Below, piece after piece: positions 39,209 to 59,734 of a DNA stretch of 64,000 bases (positions are counted from its first letter, which is position 1; each line of letters opens with the position of its first letter). Source of the DNA: the human T2T-CHM13v2.0 reference genome, Homo sapiens; NCBI RefSeq assembly GCF_009914755.1, contig NC_060948.1; one strand, 5' to 3'. A program made the position numbers and the translations under genes. The notes beneath the pieces are model-generated. The model did no database searches and had not been told where the DNA came from. It saw only the letters and a list, made by a program, of their open reading frames with translations.

Positions 39209-39719
39209 GAAATAACACAGATTTCAAACTGAATTGATTTTATGAATGCTGATTGCCTGTACTCAACTGGTTTTCTGCATAACTCATTTATATTTATTAT
39301 ACTTTAGAGTTTTCTACTCCAGGGCCCAGAAATTCAAATCAGTTTTATTATCAAAATACAATGGAATATTTACAGTTTTCAAATGGGAAAAAAGTAACTC
39401 AGTACTTAAGATTGATTTTTCAATATTTCATTTTTTATGTGTGTATACCTGTGCAAACATCTATGCAGATGAATCGCTTTGTAATTTTGATAAACAGAGT
39501 TTGTACATTGGCTTGCCATAAAGCGTTTTCAATTGAAGAAATGTAGAACTTTAATTTCTGAAAACAGTCTGTGACTCTGGAAATGTCTAAGAACTACTGC
39601 TTCACACATATCTATATATCTTTCTTTGCTGAAGGATGAGTCTCTGAAAATGATATTCATGAGTGATTTACACAAAAGAAATAAGGGGTTATTTCTACAT
39701 AAAAAAGAAAATCAAACCA

Positions 39720-40140
39720 TGTATTGTATATATATTTATAATTTTATATATTTCTTTATAAAATAAAGGTATTTTATGTATTTCTGTATACAGATTAACA
39801 TATTTTATGTATTTCTATATACAGATAAATGTATTTTATGTATTTCTAGATTCAGATAAACATATTTTGTGTATTTCTATATACAGATAAACGTATTTTA
39901 TGTATTTCTATATACAGATGAACGTATTTTATGCATTTCTATATACAGATAAATGTACTTTTTTCATTTCTATATACAGATAAACATATTTTATGCATTT
40001 CTATATAAAGATAAACGTATTTTATATACTTATATATAAAAATAAATGTATTTTATATACTTATATATAAAAATAAATGTATTTTATATACTTATATGTA
40101 AAAATAAATATGTTATATATTTATATATAAAAATAAATAA
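39720..40140. repeat. AT-rich minisatellite, left half (~28-31-bp units)
   Basis: Repeats of 'atttctatatacagataaa(c/t)gtattttatgt', grading into 'acttatatataaaaataaatgtattttatat'. Confidence 0.9.
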
Positions 40141-43056
<2,916 letters not shown>

Positions 43057-43765
43057 ATATATATATATATAACGTATTTATATATAAAAATAAATATATT
43101 ATATATTTAAATAAAAATAAATATATTATATATTTGTATAAAAATAAATATATTATATATTTATATATAAAAACAAATATATAATATATTTATATATAAA
43201 AACAAATATATAATATATTTATATATAAAAACAAATATATAATATATTTATGTATAAAAACAAATATATATTTATGTATAAAAATAAATATATTATATAT
43301 TTATATATGAAAATAAATATATTATATATTTATATATGAAAATAAATATATTATATATTTATATATGAAAATAAATATATATTTATATATGAAAATAAAT
43401 ATATTTCATGTATTCATATATGAAAATAAATATATTTCATGTATTCATATATGAAAACAAATATATTTCATGTATTCATATATGAAAATAAATATATTTC
43501 ATGTATTCATATATGAAAATAAATATATTTCATGTATTCATATATGAAAATAAATATATTTCATGTATTCATATATGAAAATAAATATATTTCATGTATT
43601 CATATATGAAAATATATTTCATGTATTCATATATGAAAATATATATATTTCATGTATTTATGTATGAAAATATATATATTTCATGTATTTATATATAGAA
43701 ATAAATATATTTCATGTATTTATATATAATATAAACATATTATATATATAGATAGATATTGATAT
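43057..43765. repeat. AT-rich minisatellite, right half
   Basis: Blocks of 'aaatatattatatatttatatataaaaat', then 'aaatatatttcatgtattcatatatgaaaat'. Confidence 0.92.
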
Positions 43766-43774
43766 AGATATATC

Positions 43775-43930
43775 TGGTGTGGTGATTTCCACCTCTAATC
43801 CCAGGTACTCGGGAGACTGAGGCAGGAGAATCACTGAAAACTGGCAGGTGGAAGCTGCAGTGAGCCAAGGTCACGACTTTGCACTCAAGCCTGTGGGATA
43901 TGGCAAGAGTCCATCTCAATAAATAATAAA
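43775..43930 (+). mobile_element. Alu right-arm fragment
   Basis: 'taatcccaggtactcgggagactgaggcaggagaatcac...gcagtgagccaag'. Confidence 0.85.
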
Positions 43931-45344
43931 TCCATTTTTAAACTTTTATTATCTATTAATCAACCTTCAAATATATATCATTTAATTTTGAGTTTAGTAA
44001 CCAGATTTTTAATTAATGGGAGATGTTTTTTAAAGTTGAAATTGCAGTGTTTGCTCCATTTTAAGAAACACAGCTTCATGATTATTTTGTCTCCATTGGT
44101 CTTGAGGGTGAGGTTCAATAATATTCTGCCGTGGATAAGAATGTGCATATTCTAACCTGTAACACTGCCTGGCAATTGGCATATATCTACATTTTTTGTA
44201 GACATATAAAAATATTTTTTCATATTATTTAATATGGAATTCTTAAAGATTATTAATATTTAGCATAGTCTAACCTGAAAATTAGTGTTTCATAAGGGAA
44301 TTGTAAGAATTCAATATTATGTTAACAAATTTTAGAGATAATATATTTTCCTGATGTGTCACCTTTTGATATTGTAAATATCTGAGTTTCTTTGAATGGA
44401 ATTTAGTTTATCTTTATGATATGCTTTGAAAATTTTTCCTCATAAGAGAATGATATAAACAGTCATTTATCATTTTTCTTTCAATGTTTTTATATATATT
44501 ATACTTAGATATTTTACTGATAGTTTTCTGCTCCCTGTTCACTCCCCACTTTTTCCACATCTCTCTCTCACGCAAACATATTATGATTCTTGTGTTTCTT
44601 TCTAGATTTTCTAAATGGACTTTTATTGCTTGAATTGTACTTATTTCATATAAAAATGTTAATTTTATTAGTTTAGACAAATGTGAATTTGTAAGATTAT
44701 AATATGTAGAAAATCTTTATAAACAACTAAAACTTAGCTATTTAAGAAACAGTGATGTTAGTCAACTAAAAAGATTTTGTTTGAAATACAGATGATGGTG
44801 GATAAACTCTTGATCTCAACATGAGTTCTTCTAGGGGGCACATTCCAGTTAAAAGCGGTCCACCTTCAAGAAGTGGAGGTCCTCCTCCTACAAAATCTGC
44901 TCCTGCTGTGGCAAGAAGCAGTAGTTGGATGGGAGGCCAAGGTAAGTGCTACCAGAGAGAAAGACAGTATTTTTCGTATGACTAAAAATAGGCTATTTTA
45001 CTTGAATGCTTAACTTTAACTTCATCGAACGAAAGAGGAGTGACACATACATGGGCATAATTCAGACTGATACCTTTTATTATGGTTTATATATCACTAA
45101 CTACATTTCAGATTTATGGTAAAGAAATACTTGAGCTTCTCATTGCAGGTGAAATAAGTTATTAGAGTGAGGCCAACATTACTTTTAATCCTGTGTTTGC
45201 TAGAGAATTCCCCTTAATAATTCTAACAGTTCCTAGCAGTATTCTTTGATTGTAGTCTTCTTCATCTAATGAATTCTTCCATTTCCTAGGTCCCCTGGTA
45301 GTGGTTCCCTGGTGTCCCATTCTAAAAATTGCTTGTTCAGTTCC

Positions 45345-45630
45345 TTTGTTGGGTTGGAGTCTTGCTCTTATGAGGTCAGAGTGCATAGGTGAGATGATGG
45401 CTTACTACAGCCTTAAACTCCTGGGCTCAGGCAATTCTCCTGTTTCATTTTCCTGAGTTGCTGCAACTATAGCCATGCACCACCATATCTAGCTAAGTTT
45501 TTTCCCCTATATTTTTGTAGAGAGAGGATCTCACCACATTGACAAAACTGACATTAAAGCCCGGGGCTCAAGCAGTCCAGGTGCCTCACCCTTCCACACT
45601 GGCCCACAGTGTGAGCCAGTTAGCCTGGCC
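45345..45630 (-). mobile_element. Degenerate AluJ-like element
   Basis: 'ggagtcttgctct...actacagccttaaactcctgggctcaggcaattctcctg...gtgtgagcca'. Confidence 0.75.
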
Positions 45631-48600
45631 ATCTAGGTTTTGAGACCTCAATAATTCTAATCCGTGAGGCATTTTTCCTGCTTATATAAAGATTGAAAAG
45701 AACTGCAAGAATATTTAGCAGAAAAAGATTCACTGAGCTTAAACATTATTTAAAAAATAATTTAAGGCTTGTAAGTTAGACATGAAGGAGTCCAATATTC
45801 TTAAATTAAGTGGATATCACAGAAGTGTAGAGTTATGAAATATAAGGGGATGTAAATCAATAATTAAGATTGTACCTGGATGTTTAAACATTAACACAAG
45901 ACCTTAGTGTAAGATTTGAAATTATTTGAGGCGAGAATTTAGAACTAAGCAACAAGAGTTGAACAGTAGGATCGAATAGAAGTAATATTTTTGAGAAGGA
46001 GAATTGTAAGATTGCAGACTGAACAGAAGAAAACAAGACAATAAATAAAAATTCTTAGGGACGACGTTTAGCAGAACAAAATAAAATTCTTACTTTGTCC
46101 TCCATCCTAAGATGGAGGAAAATGAAAACTGCCATTTTTAATTTTACATTTCATGTGTAGAGTATCAGTGAAGTTAGTTATTTATTGTCTTCAGGATACA
46201 CAAGCCAACACATTTCCATAGGAAAATTAGCCAGTGAACATATTATAAGTGAAAGACAGACCTCTAAGGAGTAGCACGTGAAGAGTATATTAAAGGAGAA
46301 CCTTTTCTATTTTGAAATAACAACAATGTGATAATGACCCCTTGAACACTATTGCTTATTGCAGTATAAGAAAATCTTGGTCATCATTAGAAAATCTTCA
46401 CTAGTATATTTTAATTTGCCAACATTTAAGATAGAGCCAACCACTTAGAGATAAAGGAGAACTTTTAGGTAAAAGTTTAGCATGCAGTCATTCAAAGGTG
46501 GCAGTATTTGTGTGTGTGAGATGGACTGAACAACATGGGAAAATTTACCTTCTTCAGCTGAGAAAGGACAATGTATGTAAACTTTAAAATCAGTGGAGAG
46601 TTTGATGGTTTTACATTTTCCATGTGTCATTAGTATTCATTAGTAATTCTATAAAAAGGAAAATAATAACTAAGTAGTTATTAAACATTAAAATGAACTT
46701 TTACAAAAGAATTAACATCTGCCTTCAGCTTTGTTAGAAGAACTGGCCTTGCAGGAGCCATGGGGTTATCCAAGGCCATAAGAAATATTCACAGTGTCAT
46801 GATTTTCTAGTAATTTAGGGAAAAAAAGAATGGAGACGTAGATGAAATAATTTTAAAAAGTTGTTTGAGAGAAGAGAAAATAATGTTTCAGATTTCGTGT
46901 TCTTTACATTATGTTCCATCATTTTAATATTAAATGTAATGGAAGAGAGAATTATGGAGTTCCTCCACAGAGACAGTCAGTCTTTTCCTGGAGAAATGAC
47001 CATGTGTCATCAAAAGATGTTGGTTATGCAACTAAGGATAGGTAAAAAAAAAAAAAAGAAAGAAAAAATAGTTAATTTTTTTTTGTTGTGGTGATGAAAT
47101 TCACTTAACAAAATTAAATATTATAAGGTAAACAGTTAAGCGGAGTTAGATACCTTCTGTGTAGTGCAGCAACTACCTCCATCGAGTTCCAAAACATTTT
47201 CATGACTCCAAACTAAAATTCCAACTACTAGTTAAGCAGTCCTTCATTTTCTCCCTTCCCTCAGCTGCTAGCAAACACCAATCTGTGTTCTGCCTGTGCA
47301 CATACCTGTTGTGGGCATTTAATGTTAATGGGGTCAAACACTACATGACTTTTTTACTGTCTGTTTTCCTTTTTCATGATGTCCAGAAGGTTCACATATG
47401 TCATAGCACTTCATTTCTTCCACAAGCTGTTAACCGATCATTTTATTTGAGTTGTTTCCACCCCAGTATTTCTATGAACCAATATTTGTTTGGGCACACT
47501 TAATCAATTCTGGGTATATATAGAAGTGGAATTGCTTGGCCCTATGATAATTATGTGTGTGTTCTTGAGGAACCACCACATTTCTCTATAGAGCTGCATC
47601 ATTTTCCATTCCAGCTAGCACTGTATCAGGGTTCCAGTTTATCTACATCCTCTCAATTGAAATGCATTTTCTGAATCATTGATTATGAGTGTCTGTTCCA
47701 TGTGCTTTTTGGGCATTTGTCTATTTTATTTGGAGAAATATCCATTTAGATGTTTGGCCTTTTAATTTTGTTTAAGTTGTAAGTTAGTTATGTTTTGGAT
47801 ACCAGAAGTTGAAAATTTAAAATTTGTTGCATACACTTATGCACACAGTAATCATCCAGGTTCCTCAGAATCTAGGGATTATGCTCCACCATCTAGAGAC
47901 TATGCATACCGTGATTATGGTCATTCTAGTCAGGATGAACATTCCTCTACAGGAAATAGGTACTATAATAATACTTTCTGCATTTGCCAAATAGAGTTCT
48001 TGAATTGTTCATTCCAACTAACATTGCATCAATGTATCAATTTATCTACATTTTCTCAAACACTTACTATTTCCTGCTTTTTAAAATTTATTGCCTTTCC
48101 AGTGTGTACGTGAATTATGGTATCTCATTTTGGATTTGAAATGTATTTCTGAATCACAGATTATGAGTATCTGTTTCATGCGATTTTGAGACATTTGGCT
48201 ATTTTATTTGGAGAAATATCTATTTAGCTGTTTGGCCCTTTAATTTTGTTTAAGTTGTAATTTAGGTATTATGTATGCTGTAATTTAGTTATGATGGATA
48301 TTTTGGACACTAGAATTTGAAAATTTAAAATTTATTGCTTAAACTTATGCACACAGAAATCATCCAAGTTCCCAAGAAATGAGGGATTATGCTCTAACAC
48401 CTAGAGGCTATGCATACCATTATTACAGTCGTTTGAGTCAGGATGAACATTCCTTTAGAGGATATAGGTACTATATAAGTACTATATAGGTACTATAATG
48501 TTTTGTGGATTTATAAAACAGCTTTCTTAAATTGTTCATTCTGACAAAAGAAACCTTTTTTTTTTTTTTCAATTTAGTGATCTTGATGGCTGCTGTGAGG

Positions 48601-49999
48601 TAGAGAACATTCTGAATGTCCAAGTGGAAGTTCTTACAGAGATGCATTTCAGAGTTATGGTATGAGTCCAGGTTGGATTTTTAAATTATAGAATTATATT
48701 AAATAGACCAGATCATTATTTTAAAGAAAACTAAGGAAATTATAAAGGACAAATATAACATGTTTAAATATTGAGTATTCTTAACAGCATAAAGTGTAGG
48801 GAATGATATAAAGGTGAGAATTTCATTTCACGTTCAGTTAAATGTGATTCAACGTTTACTTTAGAATTAAATTTGTTAAGCTTCAAAATACTACTCTTAC
48901 ACTTCTTTTAAAAAAAACCTTCTGACTATTGCAGGCATAATTAATATCTGTAAATGAAGGCGGAGGAAAGCAGATATTTCCAAGTAGTAGTTTAACTAAT
49001 TAATACTTTAGTGATAGCACTAAAAATGTTTAAATGTAGTCCAACATATTATTTTATCAACCCTGCAGGGACCTCTGATGGTGCACCACCTGTCCAAGGG
49101 CCTCAGATGCCTTATGGTGGAAGAAGCCACCATGATTATAACAATTTATGAGATAGATATGGCAGAACTTGGGAGAGTTACCTAAGAAGCTGCAGTAATT
49201 TTTATTCCTGCGGTTGTGAGCACAGTGGCAGAAAAGACGGAAGGAATCCATTTTCTCTGGACAGGGTGCACACTGCTCCTTGTGAAGCCTATGGTAGCTC
49301 AAGTTATGTGACATCTATAGGAGATGGTGGCAGAAGCCGATCTGAAAAAGGAGACTGAAGTAGATATTAAAGCAAGTATTCAAAATAATAGTTATTGCAT
49401 ACTAAACCTTGTTTGCAAATCGAACATTGAAATTTTATTTCTGCCTTGTTACATGTGTCTTACTAAAAGAAACTTGTTGTTTTTGTGGAGAGAGGTAGAA
49501 ATGCAGAAACTAACTTACTCCATGAATTTTTTGAGCTATTTAAAGGAAAATGAATTTTTTTCAAAGTAATTTCATACTTGTTACTGTTAGTTATAATATC
49601 TGGAATAAAATTTTCATAATCAATTTTTACATGTAATGCAAAATGCCTGATGTTACTGCTTAGCTACACATGCTTAAAAGCAAATTAAATAGAAGAGTAA
49701 ATTGCGTTGTGAACACTTTGTTTCTTTGAACATAAATAGATACAAAATCAGGCATATATTATGTCTCCCTTTCAAGTTGCATAAGTTTTCTAATTAGGCT
49801 GTGTTTCTCTTTAAAAAATTACAAGATTAAAACATTAGCGAAATCTCCAGAAACACTACAAAACTGTTTGCCTCACCATACAATGTTTATCTTATAGAGT
49901 AATAGTACAGGTCAAAGGAAATAATTAGATGTGGTTGATACTAAAGTTTAAGACATCTGGAACAATCTACTTGAAGCATTCTGTGACTGAAGGGGGATA

Positions 50000-52968
<2,969 letters not shown>

Positions 52969-55900
52969 TGTTTCCAGAGTTGGTTCCTTCTGGTAGGTTC
53001 TCGGTCTTTCTGACTTCAAGAATGAAGCCGTGGACCTTCACATAGAGTGTTACAGCTCTTAAAGATAGTGTGTCCAGAGTTCATTCGTTCAGATGTTCAG
53101 ATATGTCCAGAGTTTCTTCCTTCTCCCAGGGGACCTCCTGGTCTCCCTGACTTCAAGAATGAAGCTGCAGACCTTCATGGCTGGTATTGAATCTCCTAAA
53201 GTTGGTGCAGACCCAGAGCGAGCAGCAGCAAGATTTATTGACAAAGCTTCCACAGCATGGAAGGGGACCTGCATGGATTGCCACTGCTGGGTGGGTTGGC
53301 GAGCTTTATTCCCTTATCTGGCCCCACCCACATCCTGCTGATTGATCCATTTTACAATGTGCTGATTGGTCCATTTTACAGAGCGTTGATTGTTGTGTTT
53401 AAAATCATTTAGCTAGACACAGAGCAATAATTGATGCTTTTTTACAGAGTGCTGGTGAATTTACATTCCTTTTGCTAGACACAGAGTGCAGATTGGTGCA
53501 TTTACAATCATTTAGCTAGACAGAAAAGTCCTCCCTGTCCCCACTCAACCCATGAAGTCTAGCTGTCTTCACATCTCAATGCTCTAACTGCTGTTGGGAA
53601 TTGGGTGATGACCACCCTAGCTACTTACTGCTGGATAGAGGTAAAGAAGGGGTCTCTGGTGGTAGTGTCCTCCAGAGGGGAATATTCTAGGCCAGCCAAA
53701 GGGCCAGTGGGTTGATCCAGGTTCCTTGGTAGAAGTTATTAGTTGAGCTCATTGGGGTTCCATTTGTAAGATCAACTGTAGCTTGATGGCCTCAATCCTA
53801 GAGGAAACAAATTTGGCAGGGTGGTTAAAAATACAGGACCTGAAGGAAAGTAATAGCAAGATGGCTGTCATGGGACCTGGAAAGAGGAGAAGTCATATGG
53901 CTCAACTCCAGAGGTTGGTATAAGAGTTTGAAAGGCATTGTCTGGTTTCAGTAGCCTTTTCCTTTAAATGCTGGGTGGCATTGCATACTATCCCAGACTG
54001 GTTAGTGTAAAAGAAACACTCTTCCCTTAAGAAGGTGCAGAGCCCTCCTTTCTCAGCAGTGAGGGAGTCTAGGCCTCAGTGGTTCTGGAGAGCCACTGCT
54101 GCCAAAAAGTCTATTTGGGATTGTAGAGAAAGGATAGATTTTGTTATTTTTCACAAACTGTCTGAGAAATCCTTTGAGAGTGTGTGGTAGTAGGATAATA
54201 CATGTTACACTGTTAACTTTTAGCAAACTTTACTTTTGTTGAAAACCTTCTAAGTTTGGGATTTCAAGTATTCTTTGCTATTAATAAGACCTCGTTCAGT
54301 CCCTATTCACTTAGAAATGGTATAGATGGCTCCTTCGTGATTCTGTAAGTACATTAAGGTTTGGCTGAGGGCAAACGGCTCGCACATTTAAGCAGACAAA
54401 TTATTAGGCAATTTTCCTAACTGCTTCTACAACAGTTCCCTTATCATTTACTGAATACCCATTGCGTCTTTTTCCCTTAATAACCTGGGAGGAACCATCT
54501 ATCATCCTGTCCTGAAGGAAATTCCTCCTAGGTCTTGTTGGACCTTTGTATGGTAATTAGTTAAGACTTTGATCCTTAGATCCCCGTTAGGAATCCTGCT
54601 GAGTTAAAATTTTTTGATAGGAGGTCTAGGGGTTCTCAGTGGCCTCAGTGCTTTCAGACTATGCCCTTGTTTACAATGACAACAAGGTGGTATTGGGGTG
54701 TTAGAGGTCATTGAGAAAACCTTAAATTATCAATTATGGTTATTAAATTTACCCTGGCTTTTAAAGGAATAGGATACACTGCTTTTTCTTTACTACTTCA
54801 ATCTCTTTCTCTCTCTTTGACTCCTTCTTTGTCTGTCTCTTCCTCTCTCTCTTTCCTTCTGTCTTTGACCTTGTCTCTTTCTTTCTTTTTCTTTTTCTCT
54901 GACCCCCTCTTTGTCTGTCTCTTCCTCTCTTTCTCTCTCACTCTCTCTGAATTTCTGTCTCTTCTTCTGTTTCTCTCTTTCTCTCTCTTCTCTCTCTGCT
55001 GGTCTTTTCCTGCCTCTGCCAGCCACTTATGCTGCTGCTCTCCCCTCTCCTTCCCCTTATGATGGCTTCGGCAGTGGAACACTGCCACCACATTGGGTTT
55101 TGCAGAGTGTGCAATAACTCCATGGTTTCCTTGTGATATTTAATGGGGCTTCCCCCCGAGGTTATGAACTCATTTTCTTTCCATATTGCAGGATGGGCAT
55201 GTAGGAGTAGATAAGCATACTTACTATCAATACACACATTTATTCTTCTTCCGTTTCCCCATTGTCAGGCTTGGGTAAGTGCCATTAGTTCTGCTAACTG
55301 GGCGCTGGTCCCTGGGGGAAGAGGCTTACTTTCAAGTGCCCTTACACCACTAAATATGGCATAGCCTGCCCTTCATATACCATTCTACACAAATGAACTT
55401 TCACTGGTATATAGGTTAAGGTCAGGATTAACTAAGGAGCTTTCTAAGAGAGGCTTTCGGGCAGCATAAATTTGGACTATAATTTGTTGGCAGTCATGCT
55501 TGACTAGTGTTTCCCATCCTCTAGGAGAAAAATGGCAGGGTTGAGGGCTACATATGTGCATATTTGAAACACCTGTCGCTCAAGGAGTAGTGTCTGGTAT
55601 CTAAGCAGGCTGTTGTCTGATAGCCATAAACTTCCTTTGGCACCTACTATGCCCTTTACATCATGAGTAGTCCAGAGAGTGAGATCATTTCCTCATATTA
55701 TTTTGACAGCCTCTTACACTAAGATGGTCACTGCCACAACTAATAGTAAACAGTGAGGCTGGCCTTTTTCTAGTACATCAATTTCCTTACTTAGGTATAC
55801 CACAGGTTGTGGGGTTGTCCCATGAGTCTGAGTAAGGACTCCAAGAGCTATTCCTACTCTCTCTCTGGCATATAAATAAAAGTTTTGTCCTCTCAGAAGG

Positions 55901-58900
55901 CTTAAGGCTGGAGCTTGAGTTTATTTCTTCCAGTGCCCAGACTTCAAGGTTGACTCCCTCCTCCAGCAGGGGATAACAAATGGGTAACTTGTTCCCTATG
56001 TTCACGTAGATAATAGCTCCAGCTTTGGCTAATATGTCCCTCCCTAATAAGGTATTGGATGTTCAGGCATAAGAAGAAAGGCATGTGAAAAGAGCAAAGT
56101 CTCCCAGTTACAACTGAGAAGGTGGGAGAAACACTTGGTTACAGGCCAAACCAGGATTCCTCAGATAGTAACAGCCCTTGAGGACAGCTGTCCAGGACAG
56201 GAGATTAACACTGAGAAGGCCACACCAGTGTCCTGGAGGAAGTCAATTTCCTGGCCCTCAATGGTTAAATGTACCTGGGGCTCAGTGAGGGTAATGACAT
56301 GAGCTGGCACTTGACCCAGACACCCTCAGGCCTGTTGTTGGATAATCTGGTTGGGGGCTTCTGGCCTAGAGAAACTTTGTCCTCTGGGGCAGAGAGCCTT
56401 CCAGTGATTGCCTCGGTAGAGTGGACATGGGCCAGGGGACAGCTTGTTTCTTGTTGGACAAACTTTTTTAAGGTGTCCTTGCAAACCACACTGGTAAGAA
56501 ACCCTACCTGGTAATTGGCCTGCTCCATTTTATGTCCGGTCTGAACCACCAAGGTTTGTTTGTCTGAGGGCCATGAATAAGGCTGCAACCTTTCTCTGAT
56601 CTCACTTTTCCATTTTGGCCAGGTCTTCTTGGTAGCTATTAGAGAACACTGAGGTTGCCAGGTTTACTAATGCCTCCAGATTTTGTTCAGGGTCCAGCGC
56701 TGACTTTTGGAGCTTTCTCTTGATATCTTCAGCTGATTGGGTAATAAACTTATCTTTCAGAGTCAATTGACCCTCAAGGGAATCAGGTGACAGAGGAGTA
56801 GATTTCCTTAAGGCCTTCCATAGCCACTCGAGGAAGGCAGAAGGATTTTCTTCCTTTCCCAGAGTTAGGATGGACATCATTGCATAGTTCAGGAGCATTT
56901 TCCTAATTCTCCTCAGTCCTTCTAGAACACAGGTCAGCAGATGTTTGTGACTCCAGTCCCAATAATCTGAGTTGAGTTTCCAGTGGGGATCCATATGGGG
57001 GATGACTTGCTGACTGGTAGGGAATTTGTCCCTTTCTTCAGCTGTCATTCTATCATTTACTTGACTAAGATACCAGGTATCTCCAAACTCTTGGGCTGCA
57101 GCTAAAGCCACATTATTTTCATTAAAGTCCAGGATTTGATCTAACATTAGCATAACATCTCTCCAAGTGAGGTGAAAGGTTTGCCCTAGACCCTATAAGA
57201 TATCTATGTACCTATCAGGATCATCTGAAAACTTCCCTGTGTCTGCCTTGGTCTGCTTCAAATCAGGGAGAGAGAAGGGGACATGTACCCAGGTTGGGCA
57301 AAATTCCCCTCCCCCTACATCTTGAAGGGGACATAATCAATAGCCCGGAGTTTTTTTGTGGTCCTCTGTAGATTTCTTTGCTTGTTTCCTTCTGCAGGGG
57401 GAAGATTAGAGGTGGCTTATCAGTAATAGAAAGGGGAGCTATACAGAGGCTAGGATATAGGGGTAAGCTAAAAGGTACTCCTGTGGGATGTAAATGGCAA
57501 GCTTTGCAAAGCTGTGGATTCTCCTTCAATGAAAATAAAACTTGGACATCAGGTATTTCATTCCACTTGCCTTCTCTCTTATAGAAAAGGTCAAACTGCA
57601 AGATAGTATTTTAATTTTTACTTCCCTCAGTTGGCCATTTTTCCCCATTGGAGAGAATATTGAGGCCTGGTAATAGTGAAGAAAAAAATGAGCCACCTCT
57701 TTGTCAAGGATTTGTGGATCAAATTGGTCCCGATGGCTTAGGATGCACTGCAATGGTGAGCCTGTTGATGTCTGAGTGTTTCCCATCTGAAAGACAAAAC
57801 TTCCCACAATTTTGGTTTGTTTGTTTCTTCCCCTGCCCAAGAACTGCAATGGTCCCTGAACCCTGCTGATTGGCATAGTTGCGCTCACTGACCCAGCAGC
57901 AGAAACACTAGTTTTCCTCCAAGACCACAAAGAAGATTGAGGAAGGTCAGATTTAGTGTCCCTTACTGATGTATTCTCAATAATCTGCACCCTTTCCTGT
58001 CCTCCTAGACCACAAAGAGGACCAAGAAAAATCGGATTTAGTGGCACTTACTGATGCATTCTTGAAAAACTGTTAGAGTCCTAAGCATTCTCCCATTAGT
58101 ATTGGGACTATGCCCCTGTCCTATAAAGATATTACACCTCAAAAATGAAGTGGAGGGCCATACCCTGAGAGAGGGAAATGTTATCCAGGGTTGGAAGAGT
58201 GATGCCTTTTGTCCTCACTTGAATAGGAAGGATACCATTTCTGAAGCTCCCCATACCCTAGCTTCAGGAGTAGCTTTTGTTAGGCCTGCTAGTCTAAAGA
58301 GAGATCCTAAAATTCTAGATAAGATGTTCCCCCAGTCCCCCAGTGGGGCTTTGGGCTAAAATTATATCTTTCTGATTGGTAAGCCCGGGTGCCTAAAGAA
58401 GGGAATAGAGTCCTGGAGTTTATACTAGAAATCATTCTTAGCAGAGAAACTAGAAAAGCACCAGAGACAGGGAGTGGTTTTCAGAAGCAGGGCTAGCCTC
58501 AGAGAAGAGACAAGAGGAAGTTTGTCTGACAGGTATTAGGACCCAGGAAGCAAAGGTCAGATGTCAGGATAGATAGGATAGATGGGCGAGTCTCACTTGT
58601 GCAACGTGACTTTGAGAGTACTACTCATGGCTGCAGCATTAACCAACTTGTTATTGGGACTTTGGAGCTGAATGGCTTTCCTCTCTGTTGACCCCCAGCT
58701 CAGCCCAGAGGTATAGGGAAAGCAGAAGCTGGTTGCAGGCAAACCAATGCTCCCAAATCTGAAGAGTTGGGGCTTGTTAGACAGCACTTCCCCAGAAAGC
58801 ATGACACCCATGTCTTTAGTCCAGCAGCCATGCTAGTCACTTTTAACTGGCTTACAGGTGGCTGGTTTTTTAGCCCCAGAATTCTGAGGAAAAATAGGAC

Positions 58901-59582
58901 AGAATAGCAAGTGAAAGGTGTCTGATGGTACTCACTGCTTGGTGATAGGTGATAGTCCCTTCATGGTTGCCATAATGTGTCTGGAATTTATTCCTTCTAG
59001 TGGGTTCTTGGTCTTGCTGACTTCAAGAATGAAGCCGCGTACCTTCACAGTGAGTTTCGCAGCTCTTAAAGTGGCATATCCAGAGTTTGTTCCTTCAGAT
59101 GTTCAGATGTGCCTAGACTTTCTTCCTTCCAGTGGTCTTGTGGTCTCAATGACTTCAAGAATGAAGCTGCAGACCTTCACAGTGAGTGTTACAGCTCTTA
59201 AAGGTGGTGTGGACCCAAACAATGAGCAGCAGCAAGATTTATTGTGAAGAGCAAAAGAACAAAACTTCCAGAGCTTAGAAGGGGACCCAAGAAGGTGGCT
59301 GATGCTGGGTGAGGTGGCTAGCTTTTATTCCCTTATTTGGATCCATGCACGACCTGCTGATTGACTCATTTTACAGAGTGCTGATTGGTCCATTTTACAG
59401 AGTGCTTATTGTTCCATTTTAGAGAGTGCTGATTGGTGCATTTACAATCCTTTAGCTAGACACAGAGTGCTGATTGGTGCATTTTTAGAGTGATGACTGG
59501 TGTGTTTACAATCCTTTAGCTAGAGGGAAAAGTTCTCCAAGTCCTCACTTGACCCAGGAAGTCCAGGTGGCTTCACCTGTCA
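52969..59582 (-). mobile_element. ERV9 (HERV9) provirus, internally deleted: 5' LTR12 58,976-59,582; gag-pro-pol remnants; env TM fragment; 3' LTR12 52,969-53,578
   Basis: LTR12 motifs 'ctgacttcaagaatgaagccgcg...gtgagtgttacagctcttaaa' and repeated 'gctgattggtgcatttacaatcctttagctaga'. Gag peptides 'MGNTQTSTGSPLQCIL' and 'EFGDTWYLSQVNDRMTAEERDKFPT...LKDKFITQSA'; RNase H 'DSKYAYLLLHAH'. The RT core is deleted at ~55,920. Confidence 0.93.
58955..58972 (-). promoter_or_regulatory. Primer-binding site of the ERV9 provirus (tRNA-Arg type)
   Basis: The minus strand reads TGGCAACCATGAAGGGAC, 3 nt from the 5' LTR, a CpG-decayed version of TGGCGACCACGAAGGGAC. Confidence 0.8.
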
Positions 59583-59734
59583 CTAGGACCTCCAAGAAAA
59601 AATGGGGATTTAAATAGACATTCAAGCACTTCTGAAATGGTTTCCCCCTGGCTTAAGGGATCTCAAGTAGTCAAAAATCTCAGCTCCCACTTTGTACCTC
59701 AAATAACTTAGATTGTACATCTAATGGCTTGACT

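Noticed and set aside
48461-48498. Triplicated 'gtactata' at an RBMY splice donor as an alternative-splicing device
   Set aside because: Short slippage duplication in a gene already inactivated by upstream stops.
54736-55117. Arg/Glu-rich and Ser/Leu/Phe-rich ORFs
   Set aside because: These are translations of a CT/GA low-complexity tract inside the ERV9 internal region.
56602-58047. Intact ERV9 gag
   Set aside because: It is split over several frames by stops and frameshifts, and the RT core and most of env are deleted.
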